DNA of 64,000 bases, taken from Pseudomonadota bacterium (GTDB lineage Bacteria; UBA10199; 2-02-FULL-44-16; DYJF01). Below the pieces are notes generated by a model that did no database searches, had not been told where the DNA came from, and saw only the letters and a program-made list of their open reading frames with translations. Shown in pieces: positions 18,803 through 29,066 of this stretch; position 1 is the first letter of the stretch, and every line of letters starts with the position of its first letter. The stretch lies in assembly GCA_043823065.1 (NCBI GenBank), contig JBDRBB010000006.1, forward strand, positions 128,001 through 192,000, in the 5' to 3' direction. The position numbers and the translations under genes are program-made.

Positions 18803-20635
18803 ATGTCACCACCTATTAGAGGGACAAATTGGATAAGAGAGGCTTTGGCTAATCACTTTCAAGATGCCAAAATTAATGATTATATTGATCTTAATAATGA
18901 TGGCAGGATTGATCCGAATGAATGTACTGATCTTAATAATGACAATCGGGTAAGTCTTGCTGAATGGCGAAATTTTATAGATATTAATAAAAATTCACTT
19001 CAAAATATTGGTTTTTTCCGTTTTTATTTTCAATGGCATGAACACTTTAGTTTAGGCAATCCCATTCATGATATTTTAGCTATTGAATATGCAAGTGGAG
19101 AAGCTACTCCAGAACAGCTAAATCACGCTTACCAAACTTTAGCCAGAGTTCTTCAAGCAGCGAGAAGAAGAATTGATGGAAACAATCTATCACCCCAAAA
19201 CAGATTAAAAGCTATTTATGATGTTATAACCGAGGTTGGTCTTAGTTATCATGGTGATGCTAATAACGGACTTCTTATTCAAAATATACGCCAAGGCACA
19301 CTCGATTGTGACACCTCAAGCTTCATTGTCTTGGCCTTGGCTCGTGAATATAATTGGCCAGTACACCTGGTACATGTGCCAGAACACATCTTTGTGCGTT
19401 GGGATGATGGCCATGGAATAAGATTTAATATTGATCGACAAGAAATTCATTCTGATCAATATTATATTGAAGAGTTTGAAATTAATCGCCAAGCTATAAA
19501 TAATAGAGCATATTTACAAAATTATACCTATGCTAATCTGCTTGGACTTGTTTACCAAAATGCAGCAAATGAAACACAAGATCCTAGTTTAGGAAATGAA
19601 TTTTTGCGTCAAGCTATAGCACTAAACCCACATTGCCCTACAGTTCATTCAGACTTAGCCCTGAGACTGGGCGGAACAAGTGAAGCACTTGAGCAGGCCA
19701 GAATAGCAACCAACCTTGATCCAGAAGAACCTTTAGCCCTTAGAGCGATTGCTTTTGTAACTTTTCACTCTAACACTGGTGCGCCTATAAATGATTTTTT
19801 TCCCTATTATCAACAGGCAATTGAATTAGAACAAAACCGCCTGCAAGTATTAGGATATTCTAGAAGAAGATATCGCCAATTAGCCAGTCTTTATCATGCT
19901 ATAGCTGATGATCTTGCTCACAGAACATACCTGCAGCGATTAGAAAGAAGATATGGCTTTGATGCGTTTGAGCATTATTCTGCTGATGATATTCAAGACA
20001 CACAAGCATCTGGAGAATATCGCCAGCGAGCTAGACGCTTACTACGAATAAATGAACTATATACTCAAGGTCTAGAAAATTTTGAAAATGGCAAAAATGA
20101 AGAAGCGTTGCAAAGTTTTCAAGAGGCTAGACGACTTGATCCAGATAATCAAGATATCCTCTTTATAATTGGTAGAGCCAATTTTCGACTCAGACATTTT
20201 GCTATAGCCAACCGATATTTTGACATTTATATTGCGCAAAATCCAAATCACTTGTGGGCAAGAGAGTTACGAGGTCTAGCTTATATTGAGCAAGGTCAAT
20301 ATGCTTATGGTCGCCGCGATCTAGAATTTGTACGTGCTAGACACCCAGAATATGAATATATAGATTACAATATAAGCCGTGCCTTCTTTGGAGAAAGAAA
20401 TGTTTCAGCAGCTATCGCTTGTTTACATAATGCCTTAGAACATGATCCTGATAATTTTTGGGTCTATCATCGATTGGGATTAATATATTTTAGACAAGGC
20501 CAAGATGAACTAGCAGTGGAGAATTTTCAAAGATTTTCAGAACTACAAACAGCTCATAGGGCAAGAGCAAGAGCTGAAAATAATAATGAAACCATTGCAC
20601 GCAACCGACCCTTACCTTTTAGATTCATAGACTAA
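18803..20635 (+). CDS. EF-hand-like loops + transglutaminase-like (SirB1-type) domain + TPR repeats; Lys-depleted orphan
   Basis: DLNNDGRIDPNE and DLNNDNRVSLAE; LDCDTSS...VPEHIFVRWD...FNID Cys-His-Asp pattern; multiple TPRs. About 4 Lys in 610 aa. Confidence 0.75.
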   Translation: MSPPIRGTNWIREALANHFQDAKINDYIDLNNDGRIDPNECTDLNNDNRVSLAEWRNFIDINKNSLQNIGFFRFYFQWHEHFSLGNPIHDILAIEYASGEATPEQLNHAYQTLARVLQAARRRIDGNNLSPQNRLKAIYDVITEVGLSYHGDANNGLLIQNIRQGTLDCDTSSFIVLALAREYNWPVHLVHVPEHIFVRWDDGHGIRFNIDRQEIHSDQYYIEEFEINRQAINNRAYLQNYTYANLLGLVYQNAANETQDPSLGNEFLRQAIALNPHCPTVHSDLALRLGGTSEALEQARIATNLDPEEPLALRAIAFVTFHSNTGAPINDFFPYYQQAIELEQNRLQVLGYSRRRYRQLASLYHAIADDLAHRTYLQRLERRYGFDAFEHYSADDIQDTQASGEYRQRARRLLRINELYTQGLENFENGKNEEALQSFQEARRLDPDNQDILFIIGRANFRLRHFAIANRYFDIYIAQNPNHLWARELRGLAYIEQGQYAYGRRDLEFVRARHPEYEYIDYNISRAFFGERNVSAAIACLHNALEHDPDNFWVYHRLGLIYFRQGQDELAVENFQRFSELQTAHRARARAENNNETIARNRPLPFRFID

Positions 20636-20651
20636 TTGTATAGGTTCAGCT

Positions 20652-21200
20652 TTACTCCCCAAACACCTGGGCGGAAAAGATTTCAATTTTGGTTTTTGGA
20701 TCTTGCCAGGCATTTTCAGGCAAAGATGCTTTAAGGCAAGTGTGTCTAAGAAATGTAATTAGGTCCCAACCATATTCAGTGGCTACTTGCGGCAAGAGCA
20801 CGCCAGAATGAACCCCTCGGCTCATGAGTATTCCATGCCTACCTACTTCAATTTGATTTACATCTCTGATCTCTTGCAAAGGAGATAGAACTGAAATTTC
20901 AATATCAATCTGATTTAGCTCAACAGTAGAAACAGGTGGAAACCTAGGGTCACCAGTTGAAGCAGCAATGGCCATCTCTTGAATAGTTTCTACTAAAGGC
21001 GCTCTGCCTATCATATTACCAATACAACCTCTGAGCTGCCCGCTTTTATGAATAGTAACAAATGCCCCTCGCAACTCACCCAACACTCCTTTCGCCTCTG
21101 GCAAGGGAGGTCTAGTCTGTTTGGTCACCCATTGGATAATTGTATCTCTGGCTAGCTGCAATAAGACTTGTTGTTCTTGCTGAGTAAGTTCTTTAGACAT
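20652..21200 (-). CDS. AmmeMemoRadiSam system protein A (AMMECR1 family)
   Basis: GAFVT, LRGCIG, DPRF, EISVLS, LLPQVA, CLKA motifs. Confidence 0.93.
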   Translation of the reverse strand: MSKELTQQEQQVLLQLARDTIIQWVTKQTRPPLPEAKGVLGELRGAFVTIHKSGQLRGCIGNMIGRAPLVETIQEMAIAASTGDPRFPPVSTVELNQIDIEISVLSPLQEIRDVNQIEVGRHGILMSRGVHSGVLLPQVATEYGWDLITFLRHTCLKASLPENAWQDPKTKIEIFSAQVFGE

Positions 21201-21218
21201 GTTTACCCCCCGCGACAA

Positions 21219-21263
21219 TTGACCTATAGTCTATAGTCTATAGTCTATAGTCAATGGTCTATA
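21219..21263. repeat. Heptamer tandem repeat (CTATAGT)x4 plus degenerate copies
   Basis: Seen directly; a related degenerate tract lies at about 49099-49137. Confidence 0.8.
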
Positions 21264-21310
21264 ATAATATTTGATTTCCCTTTTCCTATCTGCTAGGAAC
21301 TGGCCATCTT

Positions 21311-22741
21311 ATGCTAACTAAGCGGATTTTATCATGCTTTTTTATTTTGGCCTTATTTTTTAGCCAAATATCAATAGCCCAAACTGAACCCTATAAAACC
21401 ATTAATGATACTTTGGTTTTGAACTTGGAAGATTGTCTAAAACTCGCCCTGGAAAACAATCAAAAAGTAGTTGGCGCTGGCTATGCCATTGAAGCTGCCC
21501 AGCAGCAGCTTAAAGAAGCTAATGCTGCTTTTTGGCCTATTCTTGAATATGAATACCGCGTAGCGCCTGTACCCACTGATGCCAGCAGAGCCTTTGATTC
21601 TTTTTTTGAAGGAGAGCTGGCCATGTTCAATAGCTTTAAGTTTAGGGCCATTATGCCTGTCTTTGCCTCTGGCCAATTGAGCACTGCCCGCAAGCTTGGC
21701 AAACACGGAGTGGCTGCTGCTAGGCAAGAAAATATAAAACTGCGTGAGCAGACCATCTATGAAGTTAAACAATTGTATTATGCCATTCAGCTGGCCAGCG
21801 AGCTAGACAAATTACTCGCCAATTCAGTGGAAAAAATTAATTCTAGACTGGAATCAGAAGAGTCAAAAGAAATTTCAGATATCTCGCCTTTTGATCTCTT
21901 AAAATTAAAAGTATTTAAGGTTGAATTGGAAAAACGCCTGGATGAAACCCAGCAAAATAAAGAAATTGCCTTGCATGCCTTAAAAGTTCAAATGGGCCTG
22001 GATGAAAACGCCAAAATTAAATTAAGCAGTGAACTTTTAAAACCTGAAGTAGTTGAACTTTCAACTTATAAAAAATACTTGCAAGCCTCGGCTGAACACC
22101 GTCCTGAATTTAAATTGTTAGAGATTGGAGTTGATGCAAAAAAATTACAATATAAATTGGAAAAACAAAAAATGGGACCAACAGCTGGCGCGGCCTTTTT
22201 TATAGATCTGGGTAGAACCACTGAAGATATTCGGAATGTTGGTTTGACCAATGATTACGATGATCCTTTTAATTTTTCTCGAGCTGGTGCGGGTTTGCAA
22301 ATTTCAGGCAAACTAGACTTTCATGGAGCTACAGCCCGCATCAGAAAAGCCAAGGCTGAATATCTAAAAGCTTCTTATGAAAAAATGATGGCCCGCAACG
22401 GATTGGCTCTGGATCTAGAAAAAGCCTATCGCAAGGCTGAGCGCCAGAAAAACAATGTGAACCGAGCCCAAGAAGCAGAATCCATGGCCAGACAAATGCT
22501 TTTCCTGGCCAAATCTAATTTAGACATTGGCGTAGGCGATGAAGACGATTATACAGACGCCTTGCAATTGGTTTTACTGTCTCGCGGCCAATATTTTCAA
22601 GCAGTTTTTGAATACAATACAGCTTTAGCAGAGTTGGAACAAAAAGTAGGCAGCAATAACTATGAACATCTAACATCTAGACCCAATATCCCTGAATATG
22701 AAATGTTCAACGGCAATAATGGTGAAGAATTTAATTGGTAA
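21311..22741 (+). CDS. TolC family outer membrane protein
   Basis: Signal peptide, LNLEDCLKLALENN, OEP repeats. Confidence 0.87.
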   Translation: MLTKRILSCFFILALFFSQISIAQTEPYKTINDTLVLNLEDCLKLALENNQKVVGAGYAIEAAQQQLKEANAAFWPILEYEYRVAPVPTDASRAFDSFFEGELAMFNSFKFRAIMPVFASGQLSTARKLGKHGVAAARQENIKLREQTIYEVKQLYYAIQLASELDKLLANSVEKINSRLESEESKEISDISPFDLLKLKVFKVELEKRLDETQQNKEIALHALKVQMGLDENAKIKLSSELLKPEVVELSTYKKYLQASAEHRPEFKLLEIGVDAKKLQYKLEKQKMGPTAGAAFFIDLGRTTEDIRNVGLTNDYDDPFNFSRAGAGLQISGKLDFHGATARIRKAKAEYLKASYEKMMARNGLALDLEKAYRKAERQKNNVNRAQEAESMARQMLFLAKSNLDIGVGDEDDYTDALQLVLLSRGQYFQAVFEYNTALAELEQKVGSNNYEHLTSRPNIPEYEMFNGNNGEEFNW

Positions 22742-22756
22742 TAGGAGAATGCTTAA

Positions 22757-23443
22757 ATGAAAAAACATTTTACCCTCATTATTAGTTCTTTTTTAGTCTT
22801 GTTTTTCAGCGCAAATTTAGCCTTGGCCAACCCCAGCTATTATCCTGCTGGCACGCCAACCAGAGCCATTCAGGACCTAGATGATATGTTGGAAAAATTT
22901 CATATGGGTCAACTGACTGCAGAGCAAGAAGAAGAAAATCGCGAACTAAAAAGAAAGATTATCAAAGGCACTTTTAACATTTATGAACTTTCCAAATTAT
23001 CTTTGGCCCAAAATTGGAACAAAATAAGCGCGCAACAGCAAACCGATTTTGTCCAGCTTTTAACCGATCTCTTGGAAGAAAAAGCTTTGCTTTCCAAAGA
23101 ACAAGTTGCGGTAAAAAGCAAGAGTAGCCGTAAATATACTGTGAATTATAAAGGCCATGTATTTAAAAATGCGGATAAAACAAATGCTTTTGTACGTACT
23201 AGAGTTATTGTTCCTACCGAAAACATTACTATCAACATCAACTATAAATTAAAAAAGAACAACCAAGAATGGCAGATTTACGACATAGTTGTGGATGAAG
23301 CCAGCCTGGTTGATAATTATCGTTATCAATTTAATTCAATAATTCAGAAAAATGGGCATGAAGATTTAGTGCGACGCATGAAAGAAAAACTAGATGATAT
23401 TCGGGCCAAACGAACCAATAATTCTGGAGATGAAGGTGTTTAA
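22757..23443 (+). CDS. MlaC/Ttg2D family phospholipid-binding protein
   Basis: C-terminal WQIYDIVVDEASLVDNYRYQFNSII signature; signal peptide. Confidence 0.85.
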   Translation: MKKHFTLIISSFLVLFFSANLALANPSYYPAGTPTRAIQDLDDMLEKFHMGQLTAEQEEENRELKRKIIKGTFNIYELSKLSLAQNWNKISAQQQTDFVQLLTDLLEEKALLSKEQVAVKSKSSRKYTVNYKGHVFKNADKTNAFVRTRVIVPTENITININYKLKKNNQEWQIYDIVVDEASLVDNYRYQFNSIIQKNGHEDLVRRMKEKLDDIRAKRTNNSGDEGV

Positions 23444-23445
23444 AT

Positions 23446-24861
23446 ATGAAAAAAGCTGCCCGAGCCATTGTCCTCTTAGCAGATGGCGCCCGTTCTGATG
23501 TTTTTTTTGAACTTTTGGAACAAGGCCATTTACCAAACGTTAAGAAATACCTAAGTGATCCAGGCTTGGCCTTGCCAGCAGTTACCAGCTTTCCTTCCAC
23601 CACAGGCCCTGCTTATCTTCCTTTTTTAACTGGCGCTTTTCCAGGTACTTGCAATGTTCCTGGCATCAGGTGGTTTGATAAAAAACGTTATGAAACTAAA
23701 GGTAGGTTTTCCTTTAATCGTTATCGCAGTTATGTTGGCTTGGAAAGTTTTCTCATTGGCAGAGATCTTGCGCCGCAGATAAAAACTATTTTTGAACTCA
23801 CTCCTGATTCTTACAGCATTTTTAATCCAATTGCCAGAGGCTCTGGTTTTAGAAACAAAACCAGATATTCCCGAATTTGGTATTGGTATTATTCCCATTT
23901 AACTGATCATTGGAGCTTGGCAGATGAAGCTGGCCTGAAAAAAACCCTTAAAGTCTTGGGCCAAGGTTGTAAATTTGTGTTTACTGTACTTCCAGGTATT
24001 GATGAATATTCTCATTTAACCCATCCTCGCCATAAAAAAGTAATTGAGCGCTATCTTTGGTTGGACCAGGCTATTGGCCAAATAGCCGAGTTCTTAATCA
24101 AACGCAATAAATGGCAAGATACAGCTTTGTGGTTAGTAAGCGACCATGGGCTTTCCAAAACAGATCAGCATTTCTGTCTGAACACTTTTTTAGAAGAAAA
24201 AGGTTGGCCTGCTTTTTATTATCCTTTGATTTTTAACAAAAAGGGCAAGACCTCAGCTAGCATGGTTTCTGGCAATGGCATGGCTCATATCTATTTCAAA
24301 AACACAAAAGGCTGGGCAGGAAAAATAACTTACAACAAATTAAGAAATTTGATTCCAGATATTTTTGAATCTCTACTGGAACATAAGGCCATAGACATTA
24401 TTGCCTGCCAGGATGATCACAATTCCATTCGGGTCTTGAGTCGTCTGGGCCAGGCAAGAATTAGGCAAGAAAAAAATAAATTTTTCTATGAAACAGATGG
24501 TTCTGATCCATTTGGATATAATAACTTGCCCAATCACAGCCTCTCTGCTCAAGAATTATTGGCAGCAACTTTAAATACTAATTATCCAGATGCGCCTTTT
24601 CAAATTGCGCAGCTTTTTACTTCTGAGCGCACTGGCGATTTGGTGCTTAGCGCAACTCCTGGCTATGATTTGCGCCTGAAATATGAAAACCCTGAGCACA
24701 AGGCTTCGCACGGCTCATTGCATCGCAGCCACATGCTGGTGCCAATTCTTTGTAATCAAGCTTATCTTAAGCGCCCTATGCGTACGGTTGATGTTTTTCC
24801 CACCATATTAGAATCTCTGGGCCTTTCAATTCCTGAATATGTTGAAGGAGAAGCTTTATGA
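23446..24861 (+). CDS. Alkaline phosphatase superfamily nucleotide pyrophosphatase/phosphodiesterase
   Basis: LADGAR, FPSTT, DEYSH, SDHG, SHGSL motifs. Confidence 0.88.
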   Translation: MKKAARAIVLLADGARSDVFFELLEQGHLPNVKKYLSDPGLALPAVTSFPSTTGPAYLPFLTGAFPGTCNVPGIRWFDKKRYETKGRFSFNRYRSYVGLESFLIGRDLAPQIKTIFELTPDSYSIFNPIARGSGFRNKTRYSRIWYWYYSHLTDHWSLADEAGLKKTLKVLGQGCKFVFTVLPGIDEYSHLTHPRHKKVIERYLWLDQAIGQIAEFLIKRNKWQDTALWLVSDHGLSKTDQHFCLNTFLEEKGWPAFYYPLIFNKKGKTSASMVSGNGMAHIYFKNTKGWAGKITYNKLRNLIPDIFESLLEHKAIDIIACQDDHNSIRVLSRLGQARIRQEKNKFFYETDGSDPFGYNNLPNHSLSAQELLAATLNTNYPDAPFQIAQLFTSERTGDLVLSATPGYDLRLKYENPEHKASHGSLHRSHMLVPILCNQAYLKRPMRTVDVFPTILESLGLSIPEYVEGEAL

Positions 24862-25625
24862 AAATTGGGGTATTAGTTAAGCAAGTGCCAGATACAGAAA
24901 CTAAGATTAAAATCAGCAGTGATCAAAAAAATATCGACGAAGCTGGCATCAAATGGGTGATTAATCCTTATGATGAAATTGCAGTGGAGCAGGCGCTAAA
25001 ATTAAAGGAGCAAGTTGGGGGAGAAGTAATAATTATTAGCGCAGGCCCTGCTCGCGCTCAGGAGGCAATTAGGCAAGCTTTGGCTATGGGCGCAGACAGT
25101 GGCATTCATATCAATACTCAAAACGACATTTTAGATGTTTTTGCCACAGCAAATATCTTAACTGCTGCCATTAAGACCAGCCAATTTGAAATAATTTTTA
25201 CTGGCAAACAAGCAGTTGATGATGACAATGCTCAAGTGCATATTGCAGTGGCGGAAAAACTAGGCTGGCCGCATATTTCGCCAGTGGAAAAATTTAGTTT
25301 TAAGGAAAATAGCGTGGAAGTGCAGCGTCCAGTTTCTGGTGGAACCAAGGAAATTATTTCTGTTCCCTTGCCTGTGGTAATTGGTTGTGAAAAAGGACTA
25401 AATGAACCCAGGTATCCTTCTTTACCTGGTATAATGAAGGCCAAATCCAAACCCCTGGAAGAACTTAAAGCTACTGATCTTCTGGAAAATCCGGCAAAGA
25501 AGCTAAATATTTTAAGCTATAGTTTGCCTCCAGAACGTACGGCTGGCAAAATTATTGAAGGTGAACCTGAACAAGCAGCAGCAGAACTAGTGCGATTGTT
25601 AAGAGAGGAGGCAAAAGTTATATGA
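24858..25625 (+). CDS. etfB: Electron transfer flavoprotein beta subunit
   Basis: VKQVPD, NPYDE, ALAMGAD, GKQAVD, NEPRY. Confidence 0.96.
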   Translation: MKIGVLVKQVPDTETKIKISSDQKNIDEAGIKWVINPYDEIAVEQALKLKEQVGGEVIIISAGPARAQEAIRQALAMGADSGIHINTQNDILDVFATANILTAAIKTSQFEIIFTGKQAVDDDNAQVHIAVAEKLGWPHISPVEKFSFKENSVEVQRPVSGGTKEIISVPLPVVIGCEKGLNEPRYPSLPGIMKAKSKPLEELKATDLLENPAKKLNILSYSLPPERTAGKIIEGEPEQAAAELVRLLREEAKVI

Positions 25626-26596
25626 GCCATATTCTCATTCTTGCTGAACAGGCAGATGGCAGATTAAAAAAATATTCTAAAGAACTGGCAGGAAAAGCTG
25701 CTGAACTTGCCAAATTAACTAATGCACAATTAAGTGCGGCCATTTTTGCTGAAAACCCAGAAACCAGCGCCAAGGAATTGGGTGATTATGGCGTAAGTAA
25801 AATTTTCACGGTTAGTCATCCTGATCTTACCAATTATTCTGGTGAAGCCTATACCAAGGTTTTTTGCGAGATTATTCAAAAAGAAAATCCTTTACTTGTT
25901 TTAGGCACAGCTTCTAACAATACCAAGGATTTATTTGCCAAAAGTGCGGCGCGCTTAAACACTGGATTGGCTAATGATTGTCTAGACATCTTTTTTAATA
26001 ATGATCGCTATAAATTTAGGCGGCCAGTATTTGCTGGCAAGGCTATTCAAGAATTAGAAATTCAGGGCTCACCTCAAATGGCCACGTTTAGGCCAAACAT
26101 TTTTCCGGTTAAAAAACCTCAAACCAGCAGCGCTGAATTAGTTGTCTTTGAGGCAGACCCAGGAGAGATAAAAGCCAAAGTAAAAAATATCACCCAAGCT
26201 GAAGCTGGACTGGTTGATCTAACCGAGTCAGAGCGCATTGTGTCTGCTGGCCGCGGCATTGCCAAACCAGAAAACTTACCTCTAATCAAAGAGCTGGCTC
26301 AAGAGCTACGCGCCAGCCTTGGCGCTTCACGCGCTATTGTTGATGCTGGTTTTATCTCTCATGATCACCAAGTTGGCCAAACTGGGAAAACCGTAAATCC
26401 TTCATTGTATATTGCTTGTGGAATTTCCGGGGCCATTCAACATCTGGCTGGCATGAGAACCTCCAAGGTTATTGTAGCAATTAACAAGGATCCAGAAGCC
26501 CCAATTTTTTCCAAAGCAGATTATGGTATTGTGGGCGATTTATTTAAAGTGCTACCTGCGTTGACAAAGGAGTTCAAAAAGGTTTTAAAGGAGTAA
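25622..26596 (+). CDS. etfA: Electron transfer flavoprotein alpha subunit
   Basis: GASR, QVGQTGK, GISGAIQHLAG, AINKD. Confidence 0.96.
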   Translation: MSHILILAEQADGRLKKYSKELAGKAAELAKLTNAQLSAAIFAENPETSAKELGDYGVSKIFTVSHPDLTNYSGEAYTKVFCEIIQKENPLLVLGTASNNTKDLFAKSAARLNTGLANDCLDIFFNNDRYKFRRPVFAGKAIQELEIQGSPQMATFRPNIFPVKKPQTSSAELVVFEADPGEIKAKVKNITQAEAGLVDLTESERIVSAGRGIAKPENLPLIKELAQELRASLGASRAIVDAGFISHDHQVGQTGKTVNPSLYIACGISGAIQHLAGMRTSKVIVAINKDPEAPIFSKADYGIVGDLFKVLPALTKEFKKVLKE

Positions 26597-26597
26597 T

Positions 26598-28346
26598 ATG
26601 AAATCATTACAGGGTGGAAATTTTTTAATCGCAGCTACAGATAAAACTGATATTTTTATTCCTGAAGAACTCAGCTTTGAACAAAAGGAACTGGCTAATT
26701 TAGCGGCCCGTTTTTCCATGCGCGAAGTTTTTTCCCAATCAGAAAAAATTGAAGAATTAAATTATGAATTGAGCAGAGAATTGGTTCGTAAGGCTGGCGA
26801 GCAAGGTCTGCTTTTGGCTGACATTCCCACCAATTATAACGGCTTAGGGTTGGATAAACTCAGCTCCATGTTGATTTCAGAAAATTTTTCCCATCAAGGT
26901 TCTTTTTCAGTTACCATAAATTGTCATCTGGGTATTGGTACCCTACCTTTACTTTATTATGGAACTGAAGATCAAAAAAAACGTTATCTACCAAAGCTGG
27001 CTACTGGAGAAATAATTTCCGCCTATTCCTTAACTGAAGCAGATGCTGGCACAGATGCCTTATCCATAAAAACCAAGGCCAAACTTGCTGAAGATAAAAA
27101 ACATTATCTCCTGAATGGTGAAAAAGTTTTTTGCACCAATGGCGGCTTGGCAGATTTAATCACGGTTTTTGCCAAAGTGGATGGCGATAAATTCACCGCA
27201 TTTCTGGTGGAAAAAAATTTTCCAGGAGTAGTGATTGCTAAAGAAGAAAATAAAATGGGCATTAAGGGCGCCTCGACCACGGCCATTTCCTTTCAGAACG
27301 CCCAAATACCTGTAGAAAATGTTTTAGGCGAAGTTGGCCAAGGTCATAAAATTGCTTTTAACGTGTTAAACTTGGGTCGGGCCAAATTAGGCGCAGCCTG
27401 TGTGGGCGGCATGAAGCGTTCTTTGGAAATTATGACTTCCTATGCCAACCAAAGATATCAATTCGGCAAACCTATTGCTGAATTTCAGCTTATTCAGGAA
27501 AAAGTAGCTAACAGCGCAGTTAAAACCTATCTGGCTGAATCAATGATTTACAGACTTTGGGGAGATATCGCGCAATTGGACAAACAAGCTCAGGATAAAA
27601 TAAAGTTTCTCCAAGAATTTGCCGCAGAAAGCTCTATGGCCAAGGTCTTTTGTTCTGAAGCTCTGCAAACCATTAATGATAATGCCCTGCAAGTGCATGG
27701 CGGTTACGGGTATATGCACGACTATCCTGTGGAACATAACTTCCGCAATGCCAGAATAAATAGCATCTTTGAAGGCACTAATGAAATAAATCGCCTAATT
27801 ATTTCGCAAGTATTACTTAAAAGAGCTTTGGCTGGCAGATTGCCTCTACTGGAACGTTTGCAAGAAATTTTGGTGGAACTAAAATCTGGACTAGCCCCAA
27901 TTGATGCCAACCAGCCTTTGAGCACCTATATTGATCAAGTGGAAAGACTTAAACGCCTAACCATCTATGTAGCAGGTGTTGCTGCCCAAACCTTTACCAC
28001 TGATCTGGAAAACCAACAAACAATTCTGGCCTTTATTGCTGATTTAGCCACAGCTACCTATACCCTGGAATCTGGTTTAATTCGCTGTTTAAAAGTAATG
28101 ACCATGGAAAATATTGATTCAAAAATCCATGAAGCAGCAATTAAGGTGGCAATTGCTGAGCAAGTTCCTGCCTTAAATACCAGGGCCAGACAAGCTTTGA
28201 TTAATATTGCCAAAGGAAATGAAGCTATTGCTGGCCCGTACTTAAAAGCCTTTGACCGAATTGCAGCTTATTGTTTTACTAATACTTCTTCTCTAAAAGA
28301 GACAATTGCTAAACACGTGCTGGAGAGGGAAATGTATGATTTATAA
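26598..28346 (+). CDS. Acyl-CoA dehydrogenase (long FadE/VLCAD-type)
   Basis: YSLTEADAGTD, LNGEK, KMGIKG, RYQFGKPI, QVHGGYGY, IFEGTNEI. Confidence 0.94.
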   Translation: MKSLQGGNFLIAATDKTDIFIPEELSFEQKELANLAARFSMREVFSQSEKIEELNYELSRELVRKAGEQGLLLADIPTNYNGLGLDKLSSMLISENFSHQGSFSVTINCHLGIGTLPLLYYGTEDQKKRYLPKLATGEIISAYSLTEADAGTDALSIKTKAKLAEDKKHYLLNGEKVFCTNGGLADLITVFAKVDGDKFTAFLVEKNFPGVVIAKEENKMGIKGASTTAISFQNAQIPVENVLGEVGQGHKIAFNVLNLGRAKLGAACVGGMKRSLEIMTSYANQRYQFGKPIAEFQLIQEKVANSAVKTYLAESMIYRLWGDIAQLDKQAQDKIKFLQEFAAESSMAKVFCSEALQTINDNALQVHGGYGYMHDYPVEHNFRNARINSIFEGTNEINRLIISQVLLKRALAGRLPLLERLQEILVELKSGLAPIDANQPLSTYIDQVERLKRLTIYVAGVAAQTFTTDLENQQTILAFIADLATATYTLESGLIRCLKVMTMENIDSKIHEAAIKVAIAEQVPALNTRARQALINIAKGNEAIAGPYLKAFDRIAAYCFTNTSSLKETIAKHVLEREMYDL

Positions 28347-28349
28347 AGC

Positions 28350-28443
28350 AAATCCTAAATTCAAAATTCTAAATTCTAAACAATATCAAATGTTCAAAAC
28401 ATGTAGCTTTTGTTTAGGATTTAGATATTAGAGATTAGAATTT
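28350..28443. repeat. AT-rich heptamer-based hairpin element, copy 1
   Basis: AAATCCTAAATTC..TCTAAATTCTAAACAATATC ... TTTAG..TTAG..ATTAG; homologous to 51003-51138. Confidence 0.7.
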
Positions 28444-28454
28444 GTTTTTTCATT

Positions 28455-29066
28455 ATGGCTACTAAATATATCGCAATCGCCGGCAACATGGGATCAGGCA
28501 AATCCAGCCTGGCAGGATTTTTGTGCCAACAATATAACTTGAAACCTTTTTTTGAACCCAATGATCTTAATCCTTTTTTACCTCTTTTTTACAAAGATAT
28601 GAAGCGCTGGGCGTTTCATTCGCAAATGCATTTTCTCACCCAAAAATTTCGTATCCATCAAGAATTGGACCGCTATGCTGGAACTGTAGTTCAGGATCGC
28701 ACCATTTATGAAGATGCAGAAATTTTTGCTGCCAATCTGTTTAAGACCGGCTTCATGAGCAAGCAAGAATATCAAACTTACCAGGAATTGTATGAATCTC
28801 TGCAAGAAGTGATTAATCCGCCAGATATTATGATTTATTGCGATTGTCCGGTCCGCACCTTAAAAAAGCGCATCTCCAAGAGAAACCGCGCTATTGAGGC
28901 CAAAGTGCCAGATGAATATTTAAAAGGTTTGGACAAACTTTATAAGCGTTGGCTAAATAAATACGCCAAATCACCAGTTATCTGTTTTCCAACAGGCCAT
29001 GCAGATTATTTATCAGATTTTATTCATCGCCAGGATTTGCTGGGAGAGATTGAAAAGCATCTGTAA
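28455..29066 (+). CDS. Deoxynucleoside kinase
   Basis: IAGNMGSGKSS P-loop, DRTIYED, PDIMIY. Confidence 0.93.
   Translation: MATKYIAIAGNMGSGKSSLAGFLCQQYNLKPFFEPNDLNPFLPLFYKDMKRWAFHSQMHFLTQKFRIHQELDRYAGTVVQDRTIYEDAEIFAANLFKTGFMSKQEYQTYQELYESLQEVINPPDIMIYCDCPVRTLKKRISKRNRAIEAKVPDEYLKGLDKLYKRWLNKYAKSPVICFPTGHADYLSDFIHRQDLLGEIEKHL

Noticed and set aside
13277..20688. Prophage or integrative element
   Set aside because: No integrase, transposase, replication or phage structural genes recognised.
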